The notes under the pieces were generated by a model. That model was not told the origin of the DNA and ran no database searches. It saw only the letters and a list, made by a program, of their open reading frames with translations. Positions 36,551 to 40,719 of a stretch of DNA of 40,719 nt are shown in pieces; position 1 is the first letter of the stretch, and each line of letters begins with the position of its first letter. The stretch is taken from assembly GCA_039181265.1 (NCBI GenBank), contig JBCDCU010000003.1:1-40719 (forward strand). The letters are read 5' to 3'. This DNA is from Pseudomonadota bacterium (GTDB taxonomy: Bacteria > Pseudomonadota > Alphaproteobacteria > Rhizobiales > JACESI01). A program made the position numbers and the translations under genes.

Positions 36551-37261
36551 TCAGGCGTGGGCAGGGCCGATGCGCACGCTGAGGGGAGAAAGACCCTCTA
36601 TAGCGCATTCGATAACATCACCGGCATCAACCGGCCCGACACCTGCGGGCGTGCCGGTGTAAATCAGATCGCCGCGCCGAAGGGCATAGTAGTTCGAAAG
36701 GTGAGAGATGATCTCGCTCACGGACCATATGAGATCAGCTGTGCTTGCATCCTGGCGGATCTCGCCGTTCACACTAAGGCTGATGCGACCGATTGGCGGT
36801 GATGACCCTTCCTGAAAAAGATGGAGTCGGCCGGTCGGGCAGCTATCTGAAACGTTCTTGCCAAGGTCCCACGGACGGCCTTTGTCGCGCGCCTCGAGTT
36901 GAAGATCGCGCCGTGTCATATCGAGCCCGACGGCATAGCCGCAAACGTGGTCGAGCGCGTCGTCTTGTGAAATCCGAAAGCCCGGCTTGCCGATTGCAGC
37001 GACGAGTTCTGCTTCGTGGTGATAGTTTTCCGTTTCGGGCGGGTAGGGGATTTCCAGCCCGTCCATTTGGTCTGCATTGCGCACGGTTTCCGGCCATTTT
37101 GTGAAGTAAAAGGGCGGATCGCGCTCGGGGTCTTTTCCCATCTCGCGGGCGTGGGCTTCATAATTGCGGCCGACACAAAACACACGCGCGACCGGAAAGC
37201 CGCGCCCATCGGCTGTCTGAAGAACCGAAGGTGCATCGGGCTGGAAAAGATTGATTGTCAT
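36551..37261 (-). CDS. nagK: Fumarylpyruvate hydrolase (FAH family)
   Basis: RVFCVGRNYEAHAREMG, HHEAEL, GLDMTRRDLQ and GDLIYTGTPAGVG. ATG 37261 overlaps the gtdA stop. Confidence 0.9.
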   Translation of the reverse strand: MTINLFQPDAPSVLQTADGRGFPVARVFCVGRNYEAHAREMGKDPERDPPFYFTKWPETVRNADQMDGLEIPYPPETENYHHEAELVAAIGKPGFRISQDDALDHVCGYAVGLDMTRRDLQLEARDKGRPWDLGKNVSDSCPTGRLHLFQEGSSPPIGRISLSVNGEIRQDASTADLIWSVSEIISHLSNYYALRRGDLIYTGTPAGVGPVDAGDVIECAIEGLSPLSVRIGPAHA

Positions 37262-38295
37262 GAGAGGCTTTCCTTCCAGAACCCGAGTTTTTCGTGACAG
37301 GCCTGATCCGAATAGGAGAAAAGGGTGAGGGGATCGGTGCCACTGTTTTGGATTTGCAGCGAACACCAGGACGGAACGGCGATCACATCCCTCGGCCCAA
37401 CGTCGAAGGACTTGCCGTCAACAATCAGCGATCCGGTTCCGGAGACACCGGCATAGACAGCACCAGCCGATTGCCTGCGAGGCTTTGTGGTCATCCCCGG
37501 CGGGACCAGGGTTGCGAAGGCCGAGATCGTCCGCATGACCGATCCGCCATTTGCCGGATTTGTGAACTCGAGGGACCAGCCACGATGCGGATCAACGGGA
37601 ACCTTGTTTGAGTAGTCGGCGAGTGATTTCGACCAGACCGCATGGGGAAAATGAAAGAGCGGCGTATCGGTTGCTTCACTGCTGCCCGTTACAGGTTTCA
37701 GGTTAGCCCCGTAAGCTGCACGGGTCCGTCCGGAGACGGCATCATTCGTCGCCGGAACATTTCCGTCTCGTTCAGCAAATCCAGCCGCAAAGCGTTGAAC
37801 GATTGGAATGTCGAGACCGTCGAGCCAGATGGTCGGAGCTGAAGCGCCGCCATGTTCATGCCAGCGCCAGGAGGGCGTCAGAATGAGGTCGAAGGGTGCC
37901 ATATTAACAGGCTCGCCATCGACAGATGTCCAGGCTTCCTCGGATTCCAGCACGAATCGCAACGCCGATTGAGTGTGGCGGTGAACCGGAGCCGTCTCAC
38001 CCGGAAGAACAAGCTGCAAACCGGCATAGAGCGCATCGGTGACCGTGTGGCTTCCCTGCGTGCCGGGGTTTTCAAGGATGAGAACCCGGCGCTCCGCCTG
38101 TTCGGCGGTGATCAGCTGACCAGCTTCTATGAGCTGGGGCTTTAGATCTGCATATTTCCAGGCGAACGGAACAGTCGAAGGTTGCGGGGTTTCTGTCACC
38201 AGGTTCGCCATCACGTCCCAAAGCGGTGAGACCGACGACGCCGCAAGGGCTTCGCGAAATGCATCATCCGCACGTTTTTCAGCGGTCGCAGACAC
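37258..38295 (-). CDS. gtdA: Gentisate 1,2-dioxygenase (bicupin)
   Basis: PLWDV, AERRVLILENPG, LYAGLQ, HRHTQSALRF, WHEH and WLDGLDIP. A GGAGGAG RBS precedes the GTG. Confidence 0.92.
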   Translation of the reverse strand: MSATAEKRADDAFREALAASSVSPLWDVMANLVTETPQPSTVPFAWKYADLKPQLIEAGQLITAEQAERRVLILENPGTQGSHTVTDALYAGLQLVLPGETAPVHRHTQSALRFVLESEEAWTSVDGEPVNMAPFDLILTPSWRWHEHGGASAPTIWLDGLDIPIVQRFAAGFAERDGNVPATNDAVSGRTRAAYGANLKPVTGSSEATDTPLFHFPHAVWSKSLADYSNKVPVDPHRGWSLEFTNPANGGSVMRTISAFATLVPPGMTTKPRRQSAGAVYAGVSGTGSLIVDGKSFDVGPRDVIAVPSWCSLQIQNSGTDPLTLFSYSDQACHEKLGFWKESLS

Positions 38296-38314
38296 GGTTT
38301 ATCTCCTCCAATAA

Positions 38315-38342
38315 ATTATGCAATGCGTAATAACTTACGCAT
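38315..38342. promoter_or_regulatory. IclR-type operator(s)
   Basis: ATTATGCA-A-TGCGTAAT (38315-38331) overlaps ATGCGTAA-taac-TTACGCAT (38323-38342) in the gtdA/iclR spacer. Confidence 0.7.
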
Positions 38343-38410
38343 AATGATATTGCAAGAGGGTGTGGACAAGAAATGTGTTGGACTGATAAGGGCAGGGAAA
38401 TGGAGCTTGA

Positions 38411-39208
38411 ATGACGGATATATCTGAGCCAAACGGGCGCTCCCGAAGAAGTGGCGTGCAATCGATAGAGATTGGCGGACTCCTTCTGGAGGCGCTGGTC
38501 GCAATCGGCCAACCTGCGACCCTCACGGATATTGCTCGCAGATCCGATATGCCGTCCGCCAAGGCACACCGGTATCTCACAAGCCTTTGCGAGATCGGCC
38601 TGACCGTTCAGCACAAGGACACAGGCTGCTACGGACTTGGCCCGCTTGCGCTCAGGATGGGGCTTTCCGCGATTGCTCAGCAGGATGTTATTGAGCTCGG
38701 TTTCGAGGTTCTGACGTCACTGTGCGATACGCTGAAAACTTCCGGGCATTTGTCTGTCTGGTCGGAAGCTGGACCTGTCGTGATCCGCAGCGCCCATGGT
38801 GGGCCGCCGGTGATTTCTCCCGTTGCTGTCGGCACCATTCTGCCGCTCCTGCGCTCAGCCTCCGGCCTTGTTTATCTTGCGTATATGTCGGAAGCATCGA
38901 CCACCCCGGTTGTAGACCGGCAGCACATTTCCGGAGATCCCGGCGCCAAAGAAATCGCGAAGCTCAAACGCGAGGTTGAACGTGACGGATATGCTCTTGC
39001 AAAAGGGCAATATATTCCAGGGCTTTGTGCAATTGCCCTTCCGATCAAGAACCATGATCAGTCTTTGGCGGGTGCCATCACGCTGGTCTCGACTGACGGC
39101 GCGCTCTTTACGGGAAAGAGCAGCGCCACCTTGACCACCTTGCAGGCGATGGATGCATTTCACCGCCAATGGTCGATTGAGACCGAGGCGGAAACTGCAT
39201 CGATTTGA
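38411..39208 (+). CDS. IclR-family transcriptional regulator
   Basis: GVQSIEIGGLLLEAL, LTDIARRSDMPSAKAHRYL, LPLLRSASG and GLCAIALPI. Confidence 0.93.
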   Translation: MTDISEPNGRSRRSGVQSIEIGGLLLEALVAIGQPATLTDIARRSDMPSAKAHRYLTSLCEIGLTVQHKDTGCYGLGPLALRMGLSAIAQQDVIELGFEVLTSLCDTLKTSGHLSVWSEAGPVVIRSAHGGPPVISPVAVGTILPLLRSASGLVYLAYMSEASTTPVVDRQHISGDPGAKEIAKLKREVERDGYALAKGQYIPGLCAIALPIKNHDQSLAGAITLVSTDGALFTGKSSATLTTLQAMDAFHRQWSIETEAETASI

Positions 39209-39344
39209 TCGGCTTTGGTTGGGGGGACAGAGTATCGCGCATTCCCCAATTGAAGCCGCTTGGCCACAGCGCGGCTCCTAAATCGCTTTCATCGAGAGAA
39301 GACCAGTCAACGCATCATAGGCCGCGATGCGAAGGCGATATCCG

Positions 39345-40397
39345 TCACCCTTCGATCCCGGGTATCACATGGTCAATCCCGGTGCCCCAGGTATCGGCGA
39401 GCGTATAGCCGAGCGGGTAGGGATCGGATGGATCGACACCGAGCTGCATCATTGCATAGATCCAGGCCCGGCCGGATACGCGCGGTATGATCGCCGGCTT
39501 AGGCCCAATCGTTGTTTCGGAAACAATGGACACCGCAAAGCGTGAATTGATCGTCGAACGCATGTCAAAGGAGGTACCCGGCTTGGCGTGTCCCCGCGCG
39601 TGCAGCGCCGCCAGGCGAGCAGCCGATCCCGTGCCGCAGGGAGAGCGGTCGATCCGTCCGGGTGGCATCACCGTTGCGTTGCGTAAGATATGATCGGATC
39701 CATCTTCCCGGTCAGTAAACATGACAAAGTCGATGGAGTTAAACTCGGGAATTTCGGGGTGTTCGACCGCGATCTGCTCCCGTGCTGCGCTTTTGATCCT
39801 GTTTCCAAGCGCAACCATGTCCTGGGCTACGTCAGGCCCAATCCGAAATCCGAGTTGGTCGACAGGCGGGAGCACGTAAAAGACACCGCCAAAGGCAATG
39901 TCGACGGTGAGCGTTCCGATCCCTTCCACTTCTATCGGTACATCGAGATGATCCGCATAGGCCGGGAAGAAATCGAGAGCGACCCGTTCGACCTTGCCGC
40001 CCCGACAGGTTGCGACCGCTTTCACAAGACCGGCGGCGGTGTCGAGAATAACGGTGGTTTCCGGTTCTTCCATCAGCAAAATGCCGGTTTCGAGAAGGAC
40101 CGTCGCGACGCACATAGCGTTGGAGCCTGACATTGCGTGAGATCCGTCGGCCTGCATCGGGATAAAGGCTGCATCGGCGTTCGGATTGCAAGGCGGCAAC
40201 AACAGATTGGTTGTCATCTGTGCGCAGCCACGAGGCTCCTGATTAACAAAGCGGCGGAGCGTGTCGTCAGCCTGAAGCGTTTTCAGCTTTTCAAGCATAG
40301 TGAGCCCCTGAACGTCGAGCACGCCGCCGGTGATGACCCTGCCGACTTCCCCTTCAGCATGGGCACCGATGAGCGTCACCATACGCGACCAGCGCAT
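39345..40397 (-). CDS. Proline racemase superfamily protein (Ser/Cys catalytic pair)
   Basis: HAEGEVGRVI, EPRG, MSGSN, VDIAFGG and DRSPCGTG. Confidence 0.92.
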   Translation of the reverse strand: MRWSRMVTLIGAHAEGEVGRVITGGVLDVQGLTMLEKLKTLQADDTLRRFVNQEPRGCAQMTTNLLLPPCNPNADAAFIPMQADGSHAMSGSNAMCVATVLLETGILLMEEPETTVILDTAAGLVKAVATCRGGKVERVALDFFPAYADHLDVPIEVEGIGTLTVDIAFGGVFYVLPPVDQLGFRIGPDVAQDMVALGNRIKSAAREQIAVEHPEIPEFNSIDFVMFTDREDGSDHILRNATVMPPGRIDRSPCGTGSAARLAALHARGHAKPGTSFDMRSTINSRFAVSIVSETTIGPKPAIIPRVSGRAWIYAMMQLGVDPSDPYPLGYTLADTWGTGIDHVIPGIEG

Positions 40398-40516
40398 GTC
40401 TCACTCCTCAAAGCTTGCAATCATTTCCGGTAAGAGGCCCTGGCGGATCCAGACGGACCGGAGCCACCAGGGTTCCCTGGATCTACCGAGGGAGCGGCAA
40501 ATCCAGCGTGATGGCG

Positions 40517-40717
40517 TTAGCCGTCGAACCACCAGCGGCTCGCCGACCGTCCACCATCCATCGCCCAGCTTGCTGCCAGCTGGCCGGTGTGCTTGACGTT
40601 CTTACGGCGCCCGAAGACGAAGTTCGGGAAATACGGAAGAACGGTTCCGCCATCGTCTCGCAGAAGCATGCCCATTTCGTGGTACATCTCGGCGCGCTTG
40701 GCATCGTCGAGTTCGCC
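40517..40717 (-). CDS. C-terminus of ABC peptide/nickel-type (family 5) substrate-binding protein, 5'-truncated
   Basis: Hand translation gives GELDDAKRAEMYHEMGMLLRDDGGTVLPYFPNFV...MDGGRSASRWWFDG*. It is missing from the ORF track. Confidence 0.8.
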   Translation of the reverse strand, partial: GELDDAKRAEMYHEMGMLLRDDGGTVLPYFPNFVFGRRKNVKHTGQLAASWAMDGGRSASRWWFDG

Positions 40718-40719
40718 CT

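Overview
This is a gene-dense chromosomal region from an alphaproteobacterium (Rhizobiales/Rhodobacterales-like, inferred from protein types and a CtrA-like box). I saw no rRNA, tRNA, CRISPR array, integrase or transposase. In order, it carries: a 5'-truncated accessory-type ftsH; an NMT1/SsuA-type ABC transporter; a TfdA/TauD-family dioxygenase; a DUF3574 protein; a split aconitase X whose small subunit is fused to a GNAT; a LysR-controlled operon (DUF1537 kinase broken by one in-frame amber codon, pdxA2, and a TIM-barrel/cupin fusion); a SnoaL-like protein; a chemoreceptor bracketed by a ~140-bp direct repeat containing the 3' end of the neighbouring lysR; lysR/EamA; a run of singleton genes (PAN-like, ClbS/DfsB, YHS, VOC, nitrilase-family, hemerythrin, TetR/HD, EF-hand, ankyrin); a long-form acnB; DUF805 and DUF4240 genes plus hypotheticals; a gentisate catabolic cluster (IclR, gtdA, nagK, maiA, TRAP); a Ser/Cys proline-racemase-family gene; and the 3' end of a peptide-ABC binding protein. 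The most interesting items are the DUF1537/PdxA2/TIM-cupin pathway variant, the repeat-bounded chemoreceptor cassette and the AcnX-GNAT fusion. All family calls come from motif recognition by eye, not database searches.
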